From: a virus
Virus record (IMG/VR): IMGVR_UViG_3300042261_002391
Span: 1 to 64,000 of that record
Reading direction: 5' to 3' (one strand)
DNA length: 64,000 nucleotides
In this document: one piece after another, positions 63,521-64,000 of the stretch
How positions within the stretch are numbered: the first letter of the stretch is position 1
Layout: every line of letters begins with the position of its first letter
Notes under the pieces: model-generated
The model's input: only the letters and a program-made list of their open reading frames with translations
Told to the model about the DNA's origin: nothing
The model's database searches: none
Made by a program: the position numbers and the translations under genes

Positions 63521-63643
63521 ATTAATTTCTAGTTTAATATAAATACAAAATATTAACTAAATAACTATAATATTATATACAAATCAAGAACATAAAAAAA
63601 AGGCTGTCCATTTGGACAGCCTTTAATATTATAGAATTATGAA

Positions 63644-64000
63644 TTAAATCTTTTCTTCTTTTTCGCACATGTCGAAAGTGAAATCAACAGATTGTCCGTC
63701 AAGAGTGAGTGTTAATTTATTTTCGTCAAAACTCTTGAACTCGGTGAACCATTTTTTCGATAAGATAAGAGCAAATTTAATTTCAGCAATTTCTTGCATA
63801 ATTTTTCTCTTTTGCTTATTCAAAATGTTCGATTTTGTTTCGAGATATGTTTTTAACACACCCTTTTGCTGTTCTTCAGATAATGTTTTGTAAATATCAG
63901 ATTCGGTCTGTGCAACGTATTTATTAATCGCATCAGCCATAACCAATTCATTAATCTTCAAAGGAGCACCGGATTTAATTTTAGCTACAACATCTTCGAC
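63644..64000 (-). CDS. C-terminal part of a protein starting beyond the window
   Basis: Frame is open from the window edge to the stop at 63644; terminator at about 63595-63624. Confidence 0.7.
   Translation of the reverse strand, partial: VEDVVAKIKSGAPLKINELVMADAINKYVAQTESDIYKTLSEEQQKGVLKTYLETKSNILNKQKRKIMQEIAEIKFALILSKKWFTEFKSFDENKLTLTLDGQSVDFTFDMCEKEEKI

Noticed and set aside
1-64000. Genome-wide TAG recoding (genetic code 15)
   Set aside because: Long genes are intact in code 11 and several end in TAG immediately before intergenic signals; in-frame TAGs are confined to a few loci.

Overview
A 64 kb segment of a very AT-rich large lytic phage, probably infecting Bacteroidota (TTTG-N19/20-TAnnTTTG-type promoters). 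1-30 kb is a minus-strand block of mostly small unknown genes plus rIIA/rIIB, a macrodomain protein and several ncRNA cassettes. Almost every gene there has its own TGTAAC-N16/17-CGTATA promoter, matched to a phage ECF sigma factor at 29.8-30.4 kb. 30.4-34.5 kb is a divergent early region with host-type promoters and a UvrD helicase, ending in a G-quadruplex-like tract. 35-48 kb holds metabolic genes. 48-60.7 kb is a tRNA array invaded by homing endonucleases, followed by a repeat-rich virion-type protein. Two candidate new regulatory systems stand out. (1) The tRNA array is preceded by a 44-codon leader peptide and a terminator/antiterminator pair. Its first 32 codons use only the nine amino acids whose tRNAs lie downstream, suggesting a multi-tRNA-sensing attenuator. 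(2) An amber suppressor tRNA sits directly upstream of a Pth2-type peptidyl-tRNA hydrolase and short leader ORFs that all carry an in-frame TAG at codon 5-6, suggesting a local readthrough-gated circuit in a genome that otherwise uses TAG as stop. Several tRNAs have non-canonical architecture. All protein calls come from motif recognition by eye, with no database search, and many small hypothetical ORFs are not listed individually.
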